A stretch of 64,000 nt of DNA from Eledone cirrhosa (lineage: Eukaryota), in contig OZ024741.1 of the NCBI GenBank assembly GCA_964016885.1, positions 283,092,001-283,156,000 on the forward strand, in the 5' to 3' direction. The notes below the pieces were generated by a model, which was not told the origin of the DNA, did not search any database, and saw only the letters and a list, made by a program, of their open reading frames with translations. Positions 64,000-64,000 of the stretch are shown piece by piece (positions within the stretch are counted from its first letter, which is position 1; each line of letters begins with the position of its first letter). The position numbers and the translations under genes were made by a program.

Positions 64000-64000
64000 C
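63883..64000. repeat. (TA)n/(TACA) microsatellite
   Basis: Directly visible. Confidence 0.95.

Overview
AT-rich, transposon-dominated eukaryotic DNA. The repeat families (tRNA-derived SINEs, RTE LINEs with (GAT)n tails, Dong/R4, Tx1) point to a cephalopod, probably an octopus; this is inferred, not proven. Most ORFs in the track are decayed transposons or antisense shadows. Manual splice-site reading recovers two tandem + strand host genes of the secreted chitin-binding (ChtBD2/CBM14) + LamG, Pif-like family. Gene A contributes its last two coding exons (2153-2232, 4321-4353). Gene B contributes its first two: a signal-peptide exon (49233-49314) and a ChtBD2 exon (55725-55916). The rest is nested LINEs (RTE, CR1, L2/Crack, L1-Tx1, R4/Dong, CRE), Penelope-like remnants, a Gypsy remnant, solo-LTR-like inserts, a Helitron fragment, a hATm-like transposon, SINEs and microsatellites. 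The most notable observations: a SINE whose 20-bp TSD duplicated a host splice acceptor; a PHD finger inside an RTE reverse transcriptase; a minimal hammerhead-ribozyme motif; a highly structured RTE 5' leader; a 5'-inverted L2/Crack LINE; two inserts with TGTAG...CTAAA ends and 4-bp TSDs; and an RTE-3'UTR-derived tandem array. No wholly new multi-gene system is demonstrable from sequence alone. Transposon boundaries are approximate unless a TSD is quoted.
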